Assembly: GCA_964637935.1 (NCBI GenBank) | Contig: CAZWXC010000001.1 | Location: forward strand, 4,772 to 34,580 | DNA length: 29,809 bases | Source of the DNA: an uncultured Flavobacteriales bacterium | GTDB lineage: Bacteria > Bacteroidota > Bacteroidia > Flavobacteriales_G > Salibacteraceae | Direction: 5' to 3' | Shown: piece after piece, positions 16,321 through 23,987 of the stretch | How the letters are laid out: each line of letters begins with the position of its first letter | How positions within the stretch are numbered: the first letter of the stretch is position 1 | Made by a program: the position numbers and the translations under genes | The notes under the pieces: generated by a model | Database searches by the model: none | The model's input: only the letters and a program-made list of their open reading frames with translations | What the model was told of the DNA's origin: nothing

Positions 16321-19242
16321 TTGAAAAACCTCCTTACCATACTATTATTGGTGCTTTTAACAGGCTTGAATTGTAGCAACAGCTTTGCTCAGTTGAGGTC
16401 TTTGGATGCATCACAATTTGAGGTAAGTTTCTCAAAAGATGAAATAGAATTCTTAAACACCGAGTTGGTTTCTAACCCTATTAAGGTGGTCAACAAATCG
16501 AAAGAAGATGTGGTGGTTTACCTAGAAGTGGGTGCGCCACCTGCTTGGAAAGCGCTCGGTTCTACTAAGCGAAGCTATTCTTTGCCCGCAGGCGACACAG
16601 CATATATTCCTGTAAGGCTTTTACCAAACGCCAAAGTAGAAGGAAACACCAAGTATGCCATCAACGCTATTCTAAGAGACCAAGATGGTTTTGCCTTGGG
16701 TTTCGGCTCATTTTATTGTTTCACAAAAAAAATTGTTCAATGGGAAATGAGCATATTACCAGAAGATCGAGTTTACCTTAAAAATGGTGAGTCGGAAGGC
16801 GACTTTCAGGTTTCGATGCTCAACGTAGGTAATTACACTGACGAATTTCAACTTTCTATTAAAGGTGGTGAACGAGAAGATGTGTTGTTGATGGATACGC
16901 TTGGCAACATTATTAAGCAACCGAGTTACACATTGGCCCTTGATGCTGGCCAAGACACAACATTGAGTTTTAGGGTAAAACCAACATCCATCAAACGAAA
17001 TTTTAGAACGGTCAGCATGACCAGTCATCGCCCGCAAAGCGAGACTGACGAAAGGAGGTTTAGGCTTTATGCCACCAGCCAAGAAGCAAAAAATATGGAT
17101 AAGACCATACCGAAGCGCGGGGCCAAGGTTGACTTCATAAGCCTCGCAAACGAGGCAGCCGTTTCGCCCTATGGAAGTGATTACTTCCCGCTAATAGCCG
17201 AAGCCCAAATACAGAACATACTAAGTGATTATAGTTACATGTCCGTTAATCTCCGGGGAATAAAACAGTTTCAAGGCGATAAGCGGCTTGTCTATTTTAC
17301 ACAACTGCTCTATTCTCAAAATTATTTCAGCACCAATTTCGCCCAAAACTTGCCTTGGTATTTGGGCTATTTCGATAAAAACTGGGACCTACAACTTGGC
17401 TTAGTAAGTGGCCGAAGTATCGGTATTCCATCAAGTGGAAGAGGAATAAGTTCGAGCTACCGAATCAATGAGCAACATAAAGTGGGCGCACACCTCACCC
17501 GCAGTCCATCCATGTTTGGCCCAAGCCGAATTTTATCGATGGGCGCTTATCACGAATACAGCGGCAACAAGTTTAGGGTTACCTCAAGCCTTACTCGAAA
17601 CCAAGATAGCTTGATCAATGCCAACACAAATGTGCTTAGCACAAGAGCTAGTTTTAGAATTGGCAGAAACCATAATGTAGGCGCACTTATAGCTGGAAGC
17701 AATACCAACTATACCGACACCAATGCCACTCGTTTGGGAATAATCAGCGGTTTGACCTACTCGGGAAATATGCTCAACGAAAAGCTGAGAGCAACATTAA
17801 ATACGCGCTACAGCAGCCGTTCTTTTGGTGTTAGTAATTCAGAGCGTTTTAGTGGAAACTCGCGCATTAGCTACCAGCTCAACAATCGTTGGCAATTGCA
17901 AGGTTTGAATAACCTGAATATAAACAACCGCTTTCAAAGCCAGTTTAGCGATACTGTGTTGAACAAATTCATGACCTCAACCAACCGCGTGAACTTTGTG
18001 TCTAGAGCAAACAAAGGAACGTTGCAAGCAGGTGTTTTCTATGATATCAACAGCCAAACCAATTATAACAATCACTACAGAGGTTTAGCATTTAACTATA
18101 GTAAGTTCGACTTTAGTAAAAACATGCTTTATAACGGAAGTATCAAATTCGGATACAATCGCCCACAAAACATGCCCGAGATTTCAGAATATTTTACTGC
18201 ACAAGTTGCATTGTTGATGCGTATTAAGACAGTTACATTCAATTTCCGCTATTTCTACGGGCCATCAAACCCTCAGGTGTTGATCACAAACGTAACCAGC
18301 ACTTATCCGCAACAGTTTAGAGCTTCAACGCAATATCAATACTTGTTTAAAAACACCCATTTCGTATTACAAACTGGTGGAAACTACACCTATAACAACC
18401 TTATCAACGGGCATTCGGTGAGTGTTTTTCCAGAGTTCTTCTATTTCACAAATGATGGTTGGCGCTTGAGTGTAAATGCTAATTACACCCTGACTTCTTC
18501 TAACTTCCAAAAAGCGACTAGCAACCTAAACATTACTCGAAATTTAGAAGATCCAAACCCCGGACCAACAGTGAGCAATACCATGCGCTTTGGGGTTACC
18601 GTTCGCAAAGAATTCGGTATTCCGGTTCCGTTTTCGAAAAGCAAAAACTATGATCTTGATTTTGTGGCATTTTATGACCTAAACGGCAACGGAGTGCACG
18701 ATAGAGATGAGCCAACCATTGAAAATGTGGTGCTTACGCTAGAAGACAAACAAATAATTACCAACCTGCGTGGCGAAGCCAAATTGAAAAACGTGCCTAG
18801 TGGTTTTTATGGCATTGGTGTGTTGCCGCTCAATAGCATCAACGGCTGGTTTGCTGAGGTTGAAGACAGCTTGTTTATTGGCGAGCACCAAACCGTTTAC
18901 ATCCCATTCATGCGTGGAGTAAAAGTGAGCGGAAAAGTGATGATTGACCTTGACCAACGCACCCGTAGTGAAGATGATGTGTTTGACCTATCTAACATTA
19001 AAATTACTGCTGTAAACGGCAAAGCTTACAACACACTAACCTCGCTTGACGGTAGTTTCGAGTTGTATTTACCAAACGGCACTTACACTATTTCGCTTGA
19101 CGAAAATGTGCTTACAACCAAGTATCAATTGATGCAAAACAACATGGAGGTAACGCTAAGTCGCGACCTCGAAAATATGTTTGTCACCTTCTTTATTGTT
19201 GAAAAGAGAAGGTCCATAAACATTAAAAAATTCGATAAATAA
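16321..19242 (+). CDS. Large outer-membrane protein, usher-like: 2 N-terminal Ig-like domains, beta-strand-rich core, 2 C-terminal prealbumin/SdrD-B-like domains
   Basis: TTG start, signal ending SFA|Q. Aa ~290-765 is an alternating aromatic/polar strand pattern ending RFGVTVRKEF, followed by FYDLNGNGVHDRDE...RGEAKLKNVPSGFY and VSGKV...DGSFELYLPNGTYTISL. Confidence 0.65.
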   Translation: MKNLLTILLLVLLTGLNCSNSFAQLRSLDASQFEVSFSKDEIEFLNTELVSNPIKVVNKSKEDVVVYLEVGAPPAWKALGSTKRSYSLPAGDTAYIPVRLLPNAKVEGNTKYAINAILRDQDGFALGFGSFYCFTKKIVQWEMSILPEDRVYLKNGESEGDFQVSMLNVGNYTDEFQLSIKGGEREDVLLMDTLGNIIKQPSYTLALDAGQDTTLSFRVKPTSIKRNFRTVSMTSHRPQSETDERRFRLYATSQEAKNMDKTIPKRGAKVDFISLANEAAVSPYGSDYFPLIAEAQIQNILSDYSYMSVNLRGIKQFQGDKRLVYFTQLLYSQNYFSTNFAQNLPWYLGYFDKNWDLQLGLVSGRSIGIPSSGRGISSSYRINEQHKVGAHLTRSPSMFGPSRILSMGAYHEYSGNKFRVTSSLTRNQDSLINANTNVLSTRASFRIGRNHNVGALIAGSNTNYTDTNATRLGIISGLTYSGNMLNEKLRATLNTRYSSRSFGVSNSERFSGNSRISYQLNNRWQLQGLNNLNINNRFQSQFSDTVLNKFMTSTNRVNFVSRANKGTLQAGVFYDINSQTNYNNHYRGLAFNYSKFDFSKNMLYNGSIKFGYNRPQNMPEISEYFTAQVALLMRIKTVTFNFRYFYGPSNPQVLITNVTSTYPQQFRASTQYQYLFKNTHFVLQTGGNYTYNNLINGHSVSVFPEFFYFTNDGWRLSVNANYTLTSSNFQKATSNLNITRNLEDPNPGPTVSNTMRFGVTVRKEFGIPVPFSKSKNYDLDFVAFYDLNGNGVHDRDEPTIENVVLTLEDKQIITNLRGEAKLKNVPSGFYGIGVLPLNSINGWFAEVEDSLFIGEHQTVYIPFMRGVKVSGKVMIDLDQRTRSEDDVFDLSNIKITAVNGKAYNTLTSLDGSFELYLPNGTYTISLDENVLTTKYQLMQNNMEVTLSRDLENMFVTFFIVEKRRSINIKKFDK

Positions 19243-19244
19243 GC

Positions 19245-19270
19245 TAAACTTTTCACTTCGTAAGGCTGTT
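19245..19270 (+). promoter_or_regulatory. Candidate light-regulon promoter/operator motif, copy 2
   Basis: TAAAC-ttttcacttcgtaaggc-TGTT in the short gap before crtD. Confidence 0.45.
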
Positions 19271-19292
19271 CATCACACCTTTGGTCACCACC

Positions 19293-20762
19293 ATGAAAAC
19301 AGCCATTATTATCGGTTCAGGAATTGCTGGCTTGGCATCAAGCATAAGACTCAGTTTAGCTGGCTACAGCGTGAAAGTATTTGAAGCAAACAGCTATGCT
19401 GGCGGAAAGCTTCACGCCTTTAGTCTTGGCCAATATCGTTTTGATGGCGGACCATCGCTGTTTACCATGCCCCATTATGTTACCGAGCTTTTTACCCTAG
19501 CGGGGAAAAACCCCAAAGACTATTTCGAGTATGAAAAAGCCGAAACTGCTTGCCATTATTTTTGGGAAGACGGCACCTTTATTCGCGCTTTTGCCGAAAC
19601 TGAAAAATTTGCAGCCGAAGTAGAGCAAAAACTGGGCGTTGAAGCCAAGGTAATAACCGATTACATGGCTCATGCAAAGAACATTTACGATCATTCGGGT
19701 AAGATATTCCTAGAAAAATCGCTTCACAAACCCAGCACTTGGCTTAGCAAAGAAACCTTGATTTCATTGCTCAAAATCAAGCAATTTGATTTAACCAAAA
19801 GCATGCACCGCGCCAACAAAATACGCTTGGGCGAAGACCATTTGGTGCAACTTTTCGATCGATTTGCTACTTATAATGGTTCAAACCCATACAAAGCACC
19901 GGGCATTTTGAATGTGATTCCATGGTTAGAACATGGCTTCGGCACGTTTTTCCCAAAAGGCGGAATAGAACAAATTCCAGAATCACTGTTTAAGCTTGCA
20001 CAGGAACTTGGTGTTACGTTTCACTTTTCTCATAAAGTAGATGAAATAGTGCTTGATAAAAAGCGTGCTATTGGCATAAAAACTGGCGGAAAGTTGCACA
20101 AAGCCGACATCGTAATGAGCAACATGGATGTTCATTTCACTTACAGAAAACTAATGCCTAAGGCTAAAGCTCCCGAACGAATTTTAAACCAAGAACGCTC
20201 TTCTTCTGCCCTTGTTTTTTATTGGGGAATCAAGAAAAACTTTCCTCAATTAGATCTCCACAATATCTTTTTCAGCAAAGAATACAAAGCAGAATTTGAT
20301 GCACTATTTGATCAACAAACTATTGGCAATGATCCAACTGTTTACATCAATGTATCGAGCAAAATTGCACCAGAAGATGCACCCAAAGACAGCGAGAATT
20401 GGTTTGTAATGGTAAATGCGCCCAACCACAACGGGCAACATTGGCCGCAACTCATCCAAAACACAAGATCAGCTGTATTGAAAAAGCTAAGCAAGATTCT
20501 AGGCGAAGACATTGCTCCGCTGATTGAAGAAGAAAAAATTTGGTCGCCACCCGAAATTGAGGCTGATACATTGAGCTATAAAGGCGCACTTTATGGCAAT
20601 AGCTCAAACAGCCAAATGGCTGCTTTTCTGCGACATCCAAACTTTAGCAATCAAATTAACAACCTCTACTTTTGTGGCGGAAGCGTGCATCCTGGTGGCG
20701 GCATTCCGCTTGCATTGCTTAGTGCAAAAATTGCTTGTGAATTTGTAGCATCGCGCAACTAA
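19293..20762 (+). CDS. crtD: 1-hydroxycarotenoid 3,4-desaturase CrtD (ATG 19293; in-frame TTG at 19281 is an alternative)
   Basis: GSGIAGLA dinucleotide-binding motif, FEANSYAGGKL...YRFDGGPSLFTMP, RFATYNGSNPY.APG, LYFCGGSVHPGGGIPL. The pattern fits flavobacterial CrtD rather than CrtI, and the gene is fused by overlap to cruF. Confidence 0.85.
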   Translation: MKTAIIIGSGIAGLASSIRLSLAGYSVKVFEANSYAGGKLHAFSLGQYRFDGGPSLFTMPHYVTELFTLAGKNPKDYFEYEKAETACHYFWEDGTFIRAFAETEKFAAEVEQKLGVEAKVITDYMAHAKNIYDHSGKIFLEKSLHKPSTWLSKETLISLLKIKQFDLTKSMHRANKIRLGEDHLVQLFDRFATYNGSNPYKAPGILNVIPWLEHGFGTFFPKGGIEQIPESLFKLAQELGVTFHFSHKVDEIVLDKKRAIGIKTGGKLHKADIVMSNMDVHFTYRKLMPKAKAPERILNQERSSSALVFYWGIKKNFPQLDLHNIFFSKEYKAEFDALFDQQTIGNDPTVYINVSSKIAPEDAPKDSENWFVMVNAPNHNGQHWPQLIQNTRSAVLKKLSKILGEDIAPLIEEEKIWSPPEIEADTLSYKGALYGNSSNSQMAAFLRHPNFSNQINNLYFCGGSVHPGGGIPLALLSAKIACEFVASRN

Positions 20763-21382
20763 TGGAATGGAATAAAATCAACATATCGATTGCTGTGCTC
20801 ATCATATTTCACATGGTGGGTATCGGTGGCGTGTTGCTGGCAAATCCTATTGAGTTTTTGCGCTTAACGCCTCTCAACTTGCTGCTTACACTCGCTATTG
20901 TTTTAGTAAACCACCAGCAATGGAAGTTCGCATGGGTTTTTATTGTGACTTATGTAGCTGGCTTTTTTGTAGAAGTACTTGGTGTAAATACAGGTTTCCC
21001 TTTCGGGGAATATGAGTACGGCAGCGTACTTGGCCCAAAATTGTTTGAAACGCCATTAATGATTGGCGTAAATTGGTTGATATTGCTCTATGCCAGCAAC
21101 GCCATTTCAAAGCATTTCGGCTTGACCGTAATAACAAAAGCACTGGGCGCTGCAGCGCTAATGGTGGTGCTTGATTATGCCATTGAACCTGTGGCTATTA
21201 AATATGATTTTTGGACTTGGGCGCAAGCCGAACCACCGTTTGAAAATTACATGGCTTGGTTTGTTATTGCCTTCTTGCTTTCGCTGGTTTGGCAATGGAC
21301 AAAAATTGAATTGAACAAGAAAATTGCGATCGCTGTTTACAGCGTAGAACTTGGCTTTTTCGCATTGCTAAATTTGTTTTAG
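20762..21382 (+). CDS. cruF: Carotenoid 1,2-hydratase CruF (DUF422 family)
   Basis: E.LGV.TG.PFGEY.Y...LGP.L...PL.IG.NW, D...EPVA....FW.W and P..NY.AWF; TAATG overlap with crtD. Confidence 0.85.
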   Translation: MEWNKINISIAVLIIFHMVGIGGVLLANPIEFLRLTPLNLLLTLAIVLVNHQQWKFAWVFIVTYVAGFFVEVLGVNTGFPFGEYEYGSVLGPKLFETPLMIGVNWLILLYASNAISKHFGLTVITKALGAAALMVVLDYAIEPVAIKYDFWTWAQAEPPFENYMAWFVIAFLLSLVWQWTKIELNKKIAIAVYSVELGFFALLNLF

Positions 21383-21386
21383 AATT

Positions 21387-21845
21387 ATGATTTTGAATGT
21401 CATTATAACCATCGGCACCTTCTGCATCATGGAGTTTATGGCTTGGGCCACGCACAAATATGTGATGCACGGTTTAGGCTGGTATTTTCACAGAGATCAT
21501 CATCAGCATGAAGCTGGCGTGTTTGAGAAAAACGATGTTTACTTTCTTATTTATGCCATACCAAGTTGGCTGTTTATCATGTTTGGAATGATGGCTGGCA
21601 ACGATTGGCGCACATTTGTAGGTTTTGGCATTTTGCTTTATGGCATTGCCTATTTCTTGGTTCATGAAGTGTTCATACACCAGCGTTTGCCTTGGTTTAA
21701 ACGCACCGACAATGTCTATTTTAGAGCTATAAGAAAAGCACACAAAGTGCATCACAAGCATTTGGGCAAAGAAGAGGGCGAATGTTTCGGAATGCTGATT
21801 GTGCCGTTGAAATATTTTAGAGAAGCCACAAAATCAGTGCGTTAA
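21387..21845 (+). CDS. crtZ: Beta-carotene 3-hydroxylase CrtZ
   Basis: His boxes HKYVMHG, HRDHH, YF.VHE..IHQR and H..HH; also FEKND and E.FG.L. Confidence 0.93.
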   Translation: MILNVIITIGTFCIMEFMAWATHKYVMHGLGWYFHRDHHQHEAGVFEKNDVYFLIYAIPSWLFIMFGMMAGNDWRTFVGFGILLYGIAYFLVHEVFIHQRLPWFKRTDNVYFRAIRKAHKVHHKHLGKEEGECFGMLIVPLKYFREATKSVR

Positions 21846-21870
21846 TTTTATTTGAATAATAACCACCACT

Positions 21871-22569
21871 TTGGATTTCATACCTGATCGATATATTTAT
21901 TTACTCATCAATGTGCTTACCATAGCTTATCCGCTTGCACAGAGCTATGAAAAACGCATCCGATTGCTACAGCATTGGAAAGCCATTTTTACGAGTATTG
22001 CGATCACTGGTGCTGTGTTTTTAGCTTGGGATGAGCTTTTTACGCAGCTCGAAGTGTGGGGTTTTAATGGTCGCTACCTTACAGGTGTTTACATCGGTGC
22101 GTTGCCCATAGAAGAATGGGGCTTTTTCTTGACTGTTCCGTTTGCCTGCATCTTTATATACGAAGTGCTGAATCATTTTATCAAGAAAGACATTTTCGCA
22201 AACAGTCATCAAGCCATCACCTTATTTTTCTTGATGGTAACCACATTTTTAGGTTACTATTTTCATGATAGAATGTACACTTCCACAAGCTTTTTCTTTG
22301 CTGCTATATTGCTTTTAGGGCAATTGATGGTGTTTCGCTACAGCTGGATGGGCCGATTTTACATGATGTACTTTGTGAGTTTAATTCCCTTTCTAATCAT
22401 GAATGGATGGCTTACTGGCAGTTTTACAGACGAACCCATTGTTTGGTACAACAACCTCGAAAACATGGGCTTGCGCATTTTCACCATACCAGCAGAAGAC
22501 ACTATTTATTTGCTGGGTATGCTGCTACTCACCTTTATGGTATACGAGAAGGTGAAAGTGAAGCCTTAA
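21871..22569 (+). CDS. crtY: Lycopene cyclase, membrane-bound two-repeat (CrtYcd/CarR-type) domain protein
   Basis: Hydrophobic with two repeats: W.FN..YL.G......PIEE..FF and V.YN..E....RI.TIP.ED; TTG start; last gene of the crt run. Confidence 0.85.
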   Translation: MDFIPDRYIYLLINVLTIAYPLAQSYEKRIRLLQHWKAIFTSIAITGAVFLAWDELFTQLEVWGFNGRYLTGVYIGALPIEEWGFFLTVPFACIFIYEVLNHFIKKDIFANSHQAITLFFLMVTTFLGYYFHDRMYTSTSFFFAAILLLGQLMVFRYSWMGRFYMMYFVSLIPFLIMNGWLTGSFTDEPIVWYNNLENMGLRIFTIPAEDTIYLLGMLLLTFMVYEKVKVKP

Positions 22570-22600
22570 AAAAAGGCGCTGTAAACAGCGCCTTCACTTT
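22568..22600. terminator. Bidirectional intrinsic terminator between convergent crtY and the Pmp3 gene
   Basis: aaaaaaa-GGCGCTG-taaa-CAGCGCC-ttcacttt. Confidence 0.85.
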
Positions 22601-22619
22601 GTATTATAAATTGCAGTTT

Positions 22620-23243
22620 CTAAATCTCCCCTGCGTCTTTAAGCACCAAATAAGCGGCAAAAATGATTCCTGGCAACCAGAAGAAAATGGTTAGCAACAC
22701 AGAAAGCCAAAATTCACCTGAAAATCCGTATAAAATAAAAACCGCTAGAGGTGGTAGCAAAACACATAGAATGAGCAATAAAATCAATCGGATATCCTCT
22801 TCTTCGCTTGATTCACTTGAAAATTCATTCAATAGCCTATCCAACTCAGCCTTTTGTTGTTGTGTTACTTCTGACGTTTGTAAATTCTTTTTTACGAAGT
22901 GATTTACAAGCACTTTTTCGGTCAACCTAACCTTACTTGCTTTTGATTTTGATTCAGAATTTGAGCTAATCGGTTCTTGACTATTCGATACCGTCTCATC
23001 TACTTGAGATGTAACCTCTGATCTAACTTGATTTTGCTTTGTCTCAACTTCTACAAATACGTCACTGGCAGCCATTTCCAATTCTTTTGGCTTATCCACT
23101 TTTGCGCCCTTGGTTTTCACAAAAAAGGGTTGATACTTACGCTTGTGAAATGCAGTTTGATTGTTTTTAGAACAACTGCCCAACACGATGATTAGCGCTA
23201 GCAAAACATAGTTGAATTTTGAAAAAAGTACTGTTGTTTTCAT
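22620..23243 (-). CDS. Lipoprotein with a C-terminal YqaE/Pmp3 membrane domain
   Basis: Lipobox-like LIIVLGSC at C24, a low-complexity linker, then LILCVLLPPLAVF...EFWLSVLLTIFFWLPGII.A.Y.V (Pmp3 signature). Confidence 0.85.
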   Translation of the reverse strand: MKTTVLFSKFNYVLLALIIVLGSCSKNNQTAFHKRKYQPFFVKTKGAKVDKPKELEMAASDVFVEVETKQNQVRSEVTSQVDETVSNSQEPISSNSESKSKASKVRLTEKVLVNHFVKKNLQTSEVTQQQKAELDRLLNEFSSESSEEEDIRLILLLILCVLLPPLAVFILYGFSGEFWLSVLLTIFFWLPGIIFAAYLVLKDAGEI

Positions 23244-23284
23244 TGTCGAATATTTGGATCGAATGTATGAGATACAATCTATTC

Positions 23285-23614
23285 CTATTCAGAAATTAGC
23301 TTCAAAAGGTTTTCAAGTTCTTTATCCGAAAGACTCTCTTTATCAGACTTGTCAAAAATGGCAAGCAAGTAAACCGTTGTTTCTGCTACAATAATGTGTG
23401 TGATTACTCGTGCTCCACCACTTTTTCCTTTTCCTTTAGATTTGATTCCTAGGCGAATCTTGTAACAATTGTTTCCTAAAGAAACCCCTTGAAATGGATC
23501 ATTTTCTAGGCTTTCTATTAAAACAGCAAAATCAGATTTAAGTGAAGGGTGTTTTTTTGACAACTTCTTCAATTCCTTAGCAAATTTCGGAATAGCTATT
23601 ATGCTATAATTCAT
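23285..23614 (-). CDS. Type II toxin, RelE/ParE superfamily
   Basis: F.KELKKL.KK.PSL..D, LG..CYKIRL.I.SKGKGKSGGARVI and VYLL.IFDKSDKE; overlaps the upstream small gene by 11 nt. Confidence 0.85.
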   Translation of the reverse strand: MNYSIIAIPKFAKELKKLSKKHPSLKSDFAVLIESLENDPFQGVSLGNNCYKIRLGIKSKGKGKSGGARVITHIIVAETTVYLLAIFDKSDKESLSDKELENLLKLISE

Positions 23615-23810
23615 CTAACAGCTCTTTTGCAGAAATAGCCTTCAATTTGCCCTTACGAACCAATTTAAATTCTTGGATTGCTTCAGAAATGTCTGAAATT
23701 TCTTGCTCCTTTTGGGCAGAAATTGGCTTAACTTTCACGAAACTTAAGCTTTCCAAAAGCTCCATTACAAAGGGAACTTTATTCTCTTTTATATCCAATA
23801 TCACTTTCAT
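23604..23810 (-). CDS. Putative cognate antitoxin (68 aa, DUF2683-like)
   Basis: Small gene directly upstream of and overlapping the toxin; N-terminal beta-alpha pattern MKVILDIKENKVPFVMELLESLSFVKV; acidic tail ELLDEL. Confidence 0.7.
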   Translation of the reverse strand: MKVILDIKENKVPFVMELLESLSFVKVKPISAQKEQEISDISEAIQEFKLVRKGKLKAISAKELLDEL

Positions 23811-23870
23811 AATTTCTTAAAAAAAGTAGTTGAAACAATTACAACTAAGTCAATATTTCTACATTTTTTT

Positions 23871-23878
23871 CAAAGTTA
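23871..23878 (-). promoter_or_regulatory. -7 promoter element for the TA operon
   Basis: The minus strand reads TAACTTTG (TAnnTTTG), 60 nt upstream of the antitoxin ATG. Confidence 0.55.
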
Positions 23879-23953
23879 TCCGATTAAAACTAAAAGAGCT
23901 TGGGTTTACTCTTAAACAAGAAGAAAACACATCTCAAAGACTTTATTCTATCA

Positions 23954-23979
23954 AAAACCTTTTTGGCCAAAATACTGTT
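23954..23979 (+). promoter_or_regulatory. Candidate light-regulon promoter/operator motif, copy 3
   Basis: AAAAC-ctttttggccaaaatac-TGTT, ending 8 nt before the photolyase ATG. Confidence 0.45.
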
Positions 23980-23987
23980 TCCTCAAA

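Noticed and set aside
19293-20762. Phytoene desaturase CrtI
   Set aside because: The motifs (FDGGPSLFTMP, FATYNGS.PY.APG) and the overlap with cruF fit CrtD better.
23961-23972. 12-bp palindrome TTTTGGCCAAAA
   Set aside because: Low complexity; it falls in the variable spacer of the shared motif and has no counterpart in the other two copies.
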